Part shown: in pieces, positions 1 to 12,000 of the stretch
Numbering within the stretch: the first letter of the stretch is position 1
Layout of the letters: every line of letters starts with the position of its first letter
Origin: Catajapyx aquilonaris
Lineage: Eukaryota
NCBI GenBank assembly: GCA_000934665.2
Contig: JYFJ02004356.1
Location: 1-34,810 of the forward strand
Reading direction: 5' to 3'
Length of the DNA: 34,810 bases
Notes under the pieces: model-generated
Told to the model about the DNA's origin: nothing
Seen by the model: the letters and a program-made list of their open reading frames with translations, nothing else
Databases searched by the model: none
Position numbers and translations under genes: made by a program

Positions 1-968
1 TTTTAAAAGCGCGCCAGACGCAGGACCAATCGGGGCGAGGGAGGGCGGGGCTCAGGCCGCCTGTCTCTCTAGCCATGTACAGTTTGTTAATATGCGTACC
101 GGAATGAAAACAACCAGTAATTATTAGGAGTGGCGTGTGTGCGCAACGTGTATACAAATTAATGGTTGTATTGAGCCTCAGGATTCGGATGTATTTTAAT
201 TAAAAGGGTGGAAGGCATTGTTAGCTCTAGGAGAATACCCGATTCCTGCAACGCTTCAGAACCCGTTTGCACAACTTAGCAGTAATGTAATTGAATTACT
301 TGTTCGAAACGAGCATCACTTGTTCTCTCCATTACAAATCAGTCCGTCGAAATCGGGAATAATATCTGACAACAATAGTTGGGGTCCGCAGGAGAATTGT
401 TTTCCATGCTTAAAATGATGCCGAAAATTGCAATTGATGTACAGAGTCTTGACATTAGCTAATTTCGTGAATAATTTTTGCAGTGCTTTTGTCCAACCAA
501 AGCGGCTTCAATTGTTGTCCATGGTTGCTGAAACTGTCCAGTCTTCCGAGAGACACTGTACCAAAATAGAGAGATAGTGTATGTGCATGCCCCATCCTGA
601 GATTAATTAGGCGGAAGTGCATCGCATCCGTCTGTGTGTGCATAGGTGCTGAAAATGGGGCTGCACATCAGCTCGACCTTGTTGACACCTCTTTTGTCCT
701 CGGTGATGGCGAATTTTTTTTCCGCACATGTTCCAGCGAGTCTGCACGGTGAGGATATATACCCCCCAAAAAAAAATTTAGCGCCTGGACGTTAACTGAG
801 TTTGCAACTCATCGCGAAAACCATTTTACCCATTTCGCATTTTTTTTAAACGTACTGGTGCTGCATATGATGATTCAATTTATGTCCGGGTAGTACCAGC
901 GTAAATTTTGGGTTACATTTTTTAGTGTCCGATTCGAAAAATGTTGGGATATTTTAGGACCACTCAGT

Positions 969-1200
969 GTTACAGCCATGTTTCTGCTCGGTAAAAAAAT
1001 TTACTGTAACTGGTCCAGGTCTCTTTTCACCCCAATTGTTTCACCACAAATAAGTTGATTACGGCACACAGAGGCTGGTCTGGTGCAATGCGGGGAATTT
1101 TTTTTTATTGCATTGCTCGAAAAAAATATCTGTGTCCATTCTCCATATTCTTTTATTGCACATATTTCTGCAGGTATCCAGGGACAGATACGTATATCCT
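969..1200 (-). pseudogene. Possible decayed hAT transposase C-terminal dimerisation domain
   Basis: Minus-strand blocks TYLSL, TDIFFEQCNKKKFPALHQ (resembles DILxFWxxNxxKFPxL), PASV..GETIGVKR, GPVTVN and ETWL*, across frameshifts. Confidence 0.35.
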
Positions 1201-1956
1201 CTGGTTTGAAAAAAAAAAATCCGGTGATAAACACTGACTTGCGCTGCACTAAAGTACGCGGTGCATATTTTGCAGTACGTCTGAATCAGAAATAACAGTT
1301 GATTTACGGTCCCACATGCGGAAGGTATTTTATCGTAAATTCTCGTTTCTTTTCCTGATATGACTTTTGAGATAAAAAAAACTGGCTCTGATATCGTTTT
1401 GAAAATGTGCAGCAGGCCCAGTTCTTGCAAATAACCAGCAAATGCCTGCTGCTCTTGCATTCATCCGACAACTATTAATAATTCAACCCATCCTCCCTTT
1501 GCAAAAATGGACCCCCGTACGAATAAGGCCTCTCGTGAATACCAGTATACATTAAAACGATGCCAAAACCTTAACTGCAAAAGTGACTGTTGTATTTTAC
1601 GGGCCTTCCGAAAATTTTCAAAAGCCCAGTAAATTTGCAACCGCGCCTGATGCAATTTGCAAACTTATTGAAATTCGAAGACCGTCCTAGTCTTTTTTTT
1701 TGGAGGTGGGGGGGGGGGGNGCACACAAGGTTGGTCCAATTCGCCACTGTACTGCACTATCCGATCATGTTTGAAATTAATGCTGCATTTTCTTCCACCA
1801 CTAGCTGGGTCCTGTCACGCGCCCAAATTATTAATGAGACCCCCGTTTAAATAGTTAATCTGTCTGTGGCACCACTGACCCAAAATCGGATTCAATCCTA
1901 GAGCTTTTTTTTCCGACAACCTAAATTTTCTTTGGCACCACCCAAAAAAGTGAAGT

Positions 1957-2093
1957 CCTGCTAGTCAGATGAGCGTCATAAGCCAGAGAGACTCTACAAA
2001 AGGGACCGTCGGAATTGGGGGGGGGGACCTGCTAGTCAGATGAGCGTCATAAGCCAGAGAGACTCTACAAAAGGGACCGTCGGAATTGGGGGG
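1957..2093. repeat. Exact tandem duplication with a 71-bp period
   Basis: cctgctagtcagatgagcgtcataagccagagagactctacaaaagggaccgtcggaattgggggg starts at 1957 and at 2028. Both copies end in a G run. Confidence 0.9.
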
Positions 2094-2713
2094 AAAAAAA
2101 ACCCGCTCCTGACTAGTAGGGAGAGTTTGAAATGAGACCACATCAGAGGAGGAAATGGGAGGGTTAGGCAAACCCCTGGCCTTCACAGTCATTTTGGATG
2201 CAAATCAACCCCATGTCCAACCCCTCTTTTTTTCCTACAGAATCGATGAAGACCTTTACTAATCAGCATTTTTTTTCGACACCCTGTATACACGCATAGG
2301 TGTGACGATTTGTACAGAATGAATCCGTGCTTATCATTCACAAATCCAGGCACGTAAATCAGTCGACAAAGATTAATCTGATGGAAGGTTCCTTCTCAAG
2401 TGCGGGCTATGTTAATTAGAACATTTGCAATATTCATTCTGGGGAGCACGAGATTTTTCCGGATTAGTGTTGGGACCAGTTTTTTAAAAAGGCGTGATAA
2501 AACATGACGGTGAACATGCCTGACTAATATGGGTGTCTCTAGTTTTTAGCTCGCCTTGCTAATTTATTGCCGCGATGAGATTGTGCATGTAAGGGGTGAG
2601 CTGAATTACTAAATCGGATTAATAATTTGTTTACAATAAGGCAATTTTAATTAGAAGTCTACATATTTTCATCTCATTATTTCAAGCAAGATTCTCCAGT
2701 TAAAAGTATAATC

Positions 2714-2836
2714 CAAGCTCACGACAACATCCTTGGAGATCCTGCTGTATAATATGGGGAGTGGCATGCACAACTTAGACTAAACATTTTAAAACCAACA
2801 ACTTCCTTGACTTTTTGACGTTACACTGTTAGGCAA
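2714..2836 (+). pseudogene. Possible decayed mariner transposase N-terminal HTH
   Basis: One frame reads QAHDNILGDPAV*YGEWHAQLR...TSLTF*RYTVRQ, resembling IHxxLxxxGDxAxSYxxxxxWxxxF...TSLxDxxRSGRP. The act-gtt-agg-caa codons differ from agt-ggt-agg-cca (S-G-R-P) by at most one base each. Confidence 0.35.
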
Positions 2837-3289
2837 ACTCTCAAGTGTCCAAGTTTTCGCTCGCAAAAAAAATAGGTCTCCGCGAGGCAGAAACACATCT
2901 CCCTAAAAACTGTGGCTGGAGTTTAAATATTACTTTCCCTCCCCCGCCACTCCACGTACGGAAAAAAAAATTTTCTGCACACAACTATGCCGCAACTTCT
3001 CACGGTGCCGTATGTTTCCCATGCTACAGTAATGAAAGCTAACTTTCCGTCACGAGAACGTCAACGCAGTTTCCCAGTCGAAACATTCCAACCCCAGCGC
3101 CAACAACTGCGTTAACTTCCTCATAATCCAATTGAAAGGTCGTAGCACCACTAACTACAGCGTTGCCACACCAAAATGCCCTTTTCCACTCTCCAATATC
3201 GTGCTTTTTTTAAAAAATGAATTTTAAACATGCAACCGGAATTTTAAAATCGTTAAGGGTGAGGGTGGTCTGTAATTTTGGGACAACCC

Positions 3290-3452
3290 TGTACTATAAC
3301 ACGCAAAAAGATTGTCGCACTGTATCCGCGAATTTTTGTTTACCCTCCTGCCTCAAGGGGCGTTGCCAAATACCCCCAACGCCCCTCGCGGCAGGAGCGT
3401 AAACAAAAAGTCGCGGACACCACGCGACAATCTTTTTGCGTGTTATAGTACA
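3290..3452. mobile_element. Fold-back MITE: 76-bp inverted arms with an 11-nt loop
   Basis: Arms at 3290-3365 and 3377-3452. The outer 29 bp are perfect (tgtactataacacgcaaaaagattgtcgc), with about 8 mismatches overall. TA dinucleotides lie at both ends. Confidence 0.85.
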
Positions 3453-5352
3453 TTCAAGGATTCACTATTAGTCTACCATCTTATCTGTTGAGAAATAATA
3501 AGAGCCGTGGGCAGGCATGTCTGGGAAATGGATGACAGGAGGAATAAGGGAAGAGGCGGTAATGAGATACCGAAAATGAAATTGCAGGGGATAGGTCCAA
3601 GGGAAGACATGTTTGCTCTTTAGACTGGCGGAGTTAAAAGGGTGGGTATAGGATGAGATGAAAGCTTACTACAAGGGATTGGGGCTTGACGTTGGGAGGC
3701 CTTCGGGGCTTCATCCGCACGCCTCTGATTAAATTCGAATCTGGATTCAAATCTTGGCGGTTGCCATTTCCGAACTAGCTCAGGAACAAAATTCCGAAAA
3801 ATTATTCCATCAGGTCATCAATATATTATTTTACACACACAAAAAAAAGTGCTTAAACTCTCAGTTCATTAATTGTCCTCTTTGTAATTCTGGAAGTGGG
3901 ATCAACCCTATTGGAGAGAATTGGTCTCCTTTGTAACTACTAACTTATCCTTCCTAATGCTTAACTCCGTTTGATATCCCGTCCCATCCAAGTCATGTCT
4001 TTGGCACTTGAAGGAAAAGGAAGAGCGTCTTTTCGCAAAGTCCCAAGGCGGTCGTGCCAAAGTAAGAGGAGGTAATCACCATCCTCTCTGCCTGCAGGGG
4101 GCATTTTCGCCAGTTCCCTGCTGGAAAGCTCAAATCTTCTCCCCCCCCCACAGAACTTAACCAAAAGTGACATCATTTTGCCAGTTATCACTTTTTCCCC
4201 GTGTTCGTAACAAGTCGTACAAACTTAGGTCATTCAATCAAAAAGGCGTGTGAAGCTCAGTCTTAGTTGATCAGCCAATTATATTGAGAGCTGTTGATCA
4301 CATTCTATTGACTTCATAGTCTAGTGTGACCAGCGGGGGTGCCAAGATCATAGCCCCCAGATCGTCTATAGCGGTGCGAATGAAGGAAAAAGTGATTAGG
4401 GGCCCCGCATCGTCAGGCTGACACCTGGCGGAATAATAATTGGCTCGGACATGCACGACGTCCCAGCCTTGTGTGCTCTAATTACTTCCATTACCGCGTA
4501 CGCCTGGGTGCAAATTAATCTCCGTGAACAATGCCCCCCCCCCCTTTCCCACCTCTAGCTGAATAAATCTGGCAACCTCTCCCATCCCGCCGGCCATATC
4601 GAAACAAGAGGCTTCAGAAAACTGTAAAGTTAATTAAACGCATTTCTTCGCCACCGGTGAACAAAATTGCAAAAGTAATAAAAAAAGGGGACTGGCTGAA
4701 ACCCTAATTAGAGACAGGTGTGTAAAAATGAAAGAATCATATCGCAAGACATTAAAAGTGTAACAAAAAAATCGCACGATTCTAGTTCATGTGACACTGG
4801 CTGGTAATGGCGCATTTACCTCCAACTCGCCCGACATATTTCATTTCCTGGCACCCTCCAGGCCCGTATCTCCCTGCAAGACGACCTCCCTCGACAAGAT
4901 TTATTGCTCGTTTTTTTTTTAACCTCCCAGCGCAAGACTGCACCCTACCAATTTTTCCCCTCCGTCAAACGCGAGCACCTAGGCGGGAAAATGCTCGTTT
5001 TAAGACCACGCGGGGAAGGCGAACTGGAGGATCTCGCACACAATTTTTTTTTGGAAGAAATGCCTAAAAATAGGTCTCCTTGTTTGTCACTTAGGAGCAA
5101 CCATTAGTGAAAAGCTGTGAATTGTTAATCTCCGCACTTCTACAGAATCCAGGGCTTAATTGGGAACCGGTTGGGTTTAATTAGAAAAACCTTGGCCTAA
5201 TATTACCCCAAAAGGTCATACTGATGCAATGTACAGTACCGGCATCCTAACTTCTCAAAAAAAATGGCATGTCCTAAATATTGCGAGGTGGTTATGCCAT
5301 ACTCACGGTAGGGTGTCAAAAGAAGATTTCTTTTGTACCGCACTGTACCAAC

Positions 5353-5403
5353 CGATCTGATTGGTGGAGCAGAGGGGCCTCTGCTGCTCCACCAATCAGA
5401 TCG
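5353..5403. repeat. Perfect 20-bp inverted repeat with an 11-nt loop
   Basis: cgatctgattggtggagcag (5353-5372) pairs with ctgctccaccaatcagatcg (5384-5403). Confidence 0.9.
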
Positions 5404-7829
5404 CTTAGGGTGTGCGACTGTCCGGTGTGGAGTGGAGGGGAAGATGTCGTCTAATCCCTTGTTTTGAGAAGTAATGCTGTGGGGTACTGTAATGTGACCT
5501 CACCCGACAGTAAATAAGGTTTACATAGCTTTCATCCTGACTATTCAGAGCTACCCTTCAGCCTCCCATGTGCTGCGGGATCGTCCACATGTCAGGATAA
5601 ATTATCCAGTTAATTTTTTTTGTCCAGATTTTCTCCAGCTCATTTTTGTACAAACTGCCATCTAGTCCAATTAGCCATGGCCAGGTCGGAGCATCAACGG
5701 AGTGTAGATCATACCAGTCTTGAAAGAAGTCCCTTTGTGGTGGTACCGTTAACTCCGTGTAATAACGTGGCGGGAGGTATGCCTGGGAAAAGCATCTGAA
5801 AAGGACGGGACGTGATCTGAGGATGGTTTTTCGAGGGGGCTGGAAAATCTCCTTTTTGGTCCCCCCCCCTCCCCCCTTTTGTTTTTCGGCAACGGTCCGA
5901 GAAGATGAGTAAACACGAGACGAAGCCCCCCCCTCAACCCAATCCCCGCAGTTCATTTCAAGCCTCGACGCTTCAAGCCCTTCCCTCGCTATTCACTGGC
6001 TTTAGTAAGGTTATGGCCTCAACATGAATATGTCGTAAGTAAAGAGAGAGAGAAGCGCTATTCATGGATGTGCTGCCTGCAAATCTTAGGGAGGGGTTGA
6101 TGCATGGCGGGCCATTATTTCCCAGGAGGAATGTCGGGACAGTTCGGAGCCCCCCGGATAATCCCCTTTGCTATATGTCCCGGCCCGGAATGATGGCAGC
6201 CTTTATTAATACAAGTAGCTAAACAATAGCTTAACATAAGCGATCATGAGGCGAGGGGGTTTTGCAGGCACTGATGGAATCCATCATGCTGCACGGCGTA
6301 CTTAATCATATTGCTATTAGAGAAAGTTAGTAGAGTATATGGTACACGTGCGACCTTCCCGCCCTTGCTATATTTTTTTTTAGCGGAAGGAAAAAATGGG
6401 AGTGTCTCAGATCGGATTTCTGACTGGAGATGAAAGTAGCGGAAAGCAGGATGGATAGAATTTGAACCCTGTAAAAGGCATCCTCATTTACCTGTCCATA
6501 ATTCCAGTTTGGCCCTCGTGTCCTTTCCATCTCCGCCTACTTTTTTTTTTTTTACCATTCGCAGGACTATCGAATCAACGGAAATCGAATCCTATCCCCT
6601 CTTTTTTTTTGAATACCATATTACTTTTTTTTTCACCAGAGTGCCAAATAAAATTTTCAGAGGCAAAGTTACGAAGCTGCGCATTTTCCTCTGCACTAGG
6701 CCCCCCACCATCACACCCACATCTCCTTCTCCATGCCATTACCGGCTCTCTTTTTTTTTCCCCCAGGCCCTTTTTTCCAATTCCATAGCTGTTCAGTGCT
6801 TAGTTCATTGAACTCCCCCATTCACGCACATTTTTTTTTCCAGAACTCAAAGTACGTGTCAATAGAAAAATGCGCCGACACAAATTACCCGATAATTTTG
6901 CCCTCCCTTGCCACTAATTGTAGCCTGAACTGCGCCAATGGCACAATTTCATTAAATATCGCTCCACATTTCTATTTATTCCCTGCATGAAATGTGTGGT
7001 AATTACAATTTAAACCCACAGTAAAATTAGGATTTTTTTGTCCTCCTTTCTCGTCATGTACGGTTCGTTGGTCCTAACCAGACAGACCATCTCACCTCTT
7101 CTGGCTGATGAGCCGGGTTGACGCACTTTGGGCCCCCCCATCCCAGGGTACAGTTTCGGATACAGACGACGTCATAGGACGAAACCAGGGAGCAAATGCG
7201 AGGCAGAAGCCCCCGTCAAATCGCGTCGACTCGTAAAACGGGTAGCCAAACTCCCTAGCAGCAGATGAACTGGCGGGAGGAAAACTCTAATTACATGGCA
7301 GTTGGGCCATGCGGAAATGAAGAGCAAGGGGCTGCTCTCCTATATATATAGGGGCTTGCCTTCAGGCGACGAGAATCCTCCGCTTCCTATTACCCCAGCC
7401 GTGTGTTTTGCTAGGAGAAATCCTCCTTCCCAACCTTGAGAGGATCAAATGTCCCAACCCATTTTCACATAGGGTCCAACTTGCAAACTTTTTTTTTTTT
7501 GCGCTTCTTCCAAAATGGGTGGACATATTTTGGTCCCTATACGAGTATACACACCACACGTCTCTCTACACGATTTCAAACTGCATTTCACGATGCGGCG
7601 AATAAGTTCGGATCCAATTAAGGTCTGGTAATGGGAAAGCGTAGGCACTATTTTGATGGCAAGGAGAGCAGTTTAGAGAGTTTTAATTAGTGAGGGGGGG
7701 GGGAAGTAGGTGGCGGTGGGAGGCTTGCATTCTGGAATAACTTGCCTCGGTATTTCGGTGGGAGAGTGTTAAGTTATGTCTAACATGTCGAGGTGTTAAT
7801 GGCTGGCGTAAGTATATTTGAAGTAGTAA

Positions 7830-8345
7830 TGGAATTGAGTTTGCCTCCAAAATCCAGGAAGCCTTTCACTGATGAGCTAGATCCGGGTGTATATGAGTTG
7901 AACTATTTAAGTCAGGTACATGTAATGAGATATATCTGACTAATTTTTTCATATGGTTAAATGAAAAGCGTGTTAATTATAAATATAGGAGCCGCCTGCC
8001 AGTTCTGGTGGGTATTCTAATGTGATCATTCGATAATGTGATTAAACATTCGTACGTTACACGCTTCCCTGAAAACAGTGCTGCGCTTGAATGTATAATA
8101 AGAGAGCAGCAGATGTTCCTTCAACAATGGATGCAGCACACATTGCATAAAACCTTCATGTCGTGCCCTCCAGAGGATTTGTCAACTACGCGTTGCAAAA
8201 TGTACTTGAACAAAAATTTTATGGTTTCATGGAGCATTTTACGTCATATTCGCTTACAAGTGGGTTAAGGACGAAAATAAATTGTACGTCCAGAATATGG
8301 CTCTCTAAATAGTTTAAAATTTATTACTTGCGAAGAGGTGACACT
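7830..8345 (+). pseudogene. Decayed Tc1/mariner-superfamily DDE/D transposase remnant
   Basis: Motif-like blocks occur in the expected order across frameshifts and stops: EFASKI..FTDE (7865-7876), VLVGIL, FDNVIKHSYV, REQQMFLQQ/DAAH (about 8101-8141), YLNKNF..W, WVKD..LYV, SLNSLK. D1-D2 spacing is about 86 codons. Confidence 0.55.
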
Positions 8346-8794
8346 GTTGCCAACTTTGCACCTGGTTTAAAGCTACATTATTCACTCCAGAGTTCCCACA
8401 GGCTTGCAGTGAACTTCGATGAAAGAGACAGTAATCCGAGAGGGGGTGGAAAAAAATAGGGTTTCCTGCTGGCAAATCATCCCCTGCTTGGGAACATCTT
8501 GCGGAGGTGTTACCCGGGGAGGGAGGAAAGAACCTGTCACGTCAGTGGACACATAGTGTTCCGACAGTTTCCTTGGGTTTGACAGTGAGTGGGAGGAGTA
8601 ACAGGTGCGTTTAAAAGGTCCTCAATCTTTAGTCTGGAACAAAAAAAGAGGGGAATGAAACACCGGGTGGGATTAAGCAGTACCAAAGACTGTAACGCGC
8701 AGTAACATTTTCTAGTAAATATTAGTGATTAATTAAAGGTGAACGTAATGTTGTTTTATCTGTACTCCCCATTTTGGGAAGTAATTAGAGGGAT

Positions 8795-9090
8795 ACTCTG
8801 GCATTAATATTTTCTGATAATATTGGTTTTTAGTGCGCCACACATTCATCTCACACAAACCAGGCGAGTGCTTCATTGGAAAACAAATTATACTGATTGT
8901 GAGCGAGTAACACAACAAAAGCACGCATGCAAATGCATCATTAAACATTAACAATAATTATCCACACCCTTAGCTGCAGCCAATTTTATGACTACATGGT
9001 CAAAATTAAATTGGAAATTATACTGAACATGGGGCAGCCCACTATAGAGTACATTCTGGGAAACACATATTGGAATATTGACAAACACAG
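8795..9090 (+). pseudogene. Possible second decayed Tc1/mariner-type transposase fragment
   Basis: LIFSDNIGF (resembles IFSDExxF), SLEN, TLSCSQFYDYM, EHGAAHY (resembles QDGAPAHY) and EY/DKH occur in order, but are very degenerate. Confidence 0.3.
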
Positions 9091-12000
9091 CGTATCTACA
9101 GCTTTGAAACAACATCCGGTTTTAATTTGGAATTTTTTATTATTAACTTGCTGAACAATAACTCCCCCGGTGCGTGATCACGTGGGCGGACAATTAATTA
9201 AAGCCTGTCTAGAAGCCTTAGGGTGGAAGCTGCAGGAAATCGGTCCGACAGCTTTATTGTCCCCTGGTGTAAAACAAAAGGGCCTTAGACCTGGCAACGC
9301 CTTCACTTAAATTTTCTCAAAAACCCGGATTTGTCTTGGCACATCTTCCTATACCCCCCAAAAAAAAAAAATCCTTCCTAATCAAGGGCGGCAAAACGTT
9401 TCTATTCCGGACTTGCTTCCTACCCTCAAAACTCAGACGAGGTTACATCATTAGTCCCCCTCCTCTTCCAAAAAGGAAAGAAGAAGGTAAGGGAGGAAGA
9501 AGAAACGAAGTAAAGTTTTGAGCAAATAATAATTAGAGTAGAGAACTTTGGCCGTGGTGCAGAACCATTGGGATAGAAATCGATAGACTTTTTTTGTGTG
9601 TGTGTGTGTACCTCTTACCCTTTCGGTTTTTCTTCCCTTTTCGATGGGGGAAGGTAGACGAAAAAGCGTGAATTGAACTAAGAGTCCGCACAAAAGGGGC
9701 CTCGGGGCAGGTGAAAAGGTGGGGGTTAGCTTTATGCTGTTGGATGCAAGCCACGTTTGAAACCACCCCCATTTTTTCTGATTGCTGGAAGAACAAGCTT
9801 CCATCCAAGCCTCTTTCATTACCGGCTAAAATTCAAGTGGGCATCTGGAGAAACAAGATGCGGAAAAGATTCGTGGAGCTCCCAACTAATTCAATCAAAA
9901 AAGAGTTCCAAACAGTGGCAAAAAAAAATATCTGTAATGAGGCTTCGGAAACAAATTGACGCCTCTACACTGATGCCCAAGAAGTTTGTCTGAATAACTA
10001 TGAAACACCCTGTATATAGACCCCCAGCTTTGATGTTGGCTGGGGGAGCAGTTGACTGTTCCTCTTAAATCGAGCCTCCAAAAAAAAAGAAGGAAATATT
10101 TCAGCATCCATTCCCGAAACCGTACGATCAAAGAGAGTAGGTTACTTTTTGAAGAGCAGACGAAAAAGAAGCAGCCAAGAAAACTTATTCCAATTTGTTT
10201 CAAATTGAAAGTAGACTATGCGTTTGACTTGCACCATTTTTGAAGTCAGAAAATGGTTCATGTTCATGCTAAAGTTTGCAAAAAAATTGTGGGAGAATCA
10301 TTTGGTTTCTTTCAATTTCGTAGCAGCGCAGGCAGACTCTAGTTCGGAGGAAGCTCCTTCCAGCTCGATATTAATTCAATCTCCTTGCTTTTACTAATAA
10401 TCAGCATGCATGAGCGTGCAGGGCGCCTGAATATGTAATGACGTCAACGACCGACGAAAATTATCCCATGCATAGCACACACCAGGTGAAAAAAAAGAAG
10501 AAAACTGCAACTCATTTCATTTCCTCGCCCGGATAAAAACCCGCTCTTGAGCTTTCCCCCGGAAAAAAAAGAATGCAAGAGTCCTTCTGGATTACTTGGA
10601 CCGACGAGAACTCCCCAACAATATCCTGCGAAAGAAGCGGAAATTGAAAAGGAACAGGAGGCATTAATTCCTGGCTACCAGCAGCATATTGCCTGGTACA
10701 CTCTCCGGTGTTTGGAAAAAAAATTGCCGATCGTCCCACCTGCTGTTACGTTATTGGAACGTCCAAAAAAAACTACTGGAATCCAATTTCGCCTCATGTA
10801 AAATTAACACCTGTACTCGCTAACACCCATGAAAAAAACTCCCGAATTTTTCCACACTGGCGTAGGTGTGACGCAATACTTTTTTTTCGGTGCATCTTCA
10901 TTCATGCATATATTTATTTTATTTTGTATTCCGCTCTAGCTGCAATACCTGCCACTCCGTACGTGTCCGGAAAGGCCATGCAAAATTAATTCGGACTATT
11001 CCCCGAGTCAAAAAACCGGCAAGGGGGGGAACCCTCACCATGGTTCCCTTGCCGCTCCGTAAATAATTCGAGGTCGGGGGGCACACCCAGGAGGATTTTA
11101 AAAACCTTGTTCAAGTTTCCTCTTCTCTTCCTCTCAAGCCCCACGTTGCCTTTTTAAAAATGCGATGCAAAACACAGGGAGCATATATGGACATCATTTA
11201 TCTGATGTGAATGCCCAATGGGTATTAGTACCCGCGAATTTCATAACGCAGTCCACAAAAACCGTTGTACTCTGGCAGACATGGAGTCAAGTTTTTATCA
11301 ATTTAACCTACATTACTTTCACAAGCTAGCTTGCCAAAAAAAAAATGAGAGCCCCCCCCCCTCCAAAAAAACGAACACACAGTATGAATTTGGCATCATT
11401 TTGCAGTTCGGATGGTAAGTAAAATTGCAAAAAAAATTACACAGAACAAATGTACATGAATAATTCGCGGAAAGTTTGGTGAATAGCGGACTTGGCTATT
11501 TTGCTACATGCAAACAATACGTGTATGGATCATATTAATTACACCGTTATAAATTTTCAGCGCTGCTGACGCCAGAAGCGAGGAGGGGGGGCTAAAACAA
11601 ACAATCACACTTTACGCACATAGCAGATGTAACAAAAACATTTTCGCCGCAATCCAACTTGAATAATCCTGACAAAATATTGCGCGCTTGACCAACGGCT
11701 CAGAATAACAAACATTTTTTGGGGGGGTGGGCCATTGTTTATAACCAGGCTGCTTTCTTCCCCCGAGGAAATAAACCACAGTGGCTTAATGTGCATCACA
11801 CATGTTTGCACCATGAGGTGCTGAAAAAATGTGAGTGTTTTTGCACGCACATTTTATATTCAGCAACATAATAATAGTATGTCTCCTCAATGGGGTCTTA
11901 ATATCTGGGTAGTCGAAATGGCTGTTTTTCGGTGGGTCTCTCTCGGGAAAATAACGATGGGAGTCGGTTGGGTTTCTGACAAAGTTGGGTCCGGAATATG

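Noticed and set aside
5232..5347. TACAGT...ACTGTA possible MITE
   Set aside because: The inverted match extends only 6-7 bp.
5558..5956. 132-aa minus-strand ORF with an internal acceptor-like ttttcccAG
   Set aside because: No recognisable domain, no partner exons, and a homopolymer-derived N-terminus.
11384..11414. ATG plus phase-1 strong donor (G|GTAAGT) as the Ly6 first exon
   Set aside because: The phase fits, but MNLASFCSSDVAPSTA lacks the hydrophobic core of a signal peptide.
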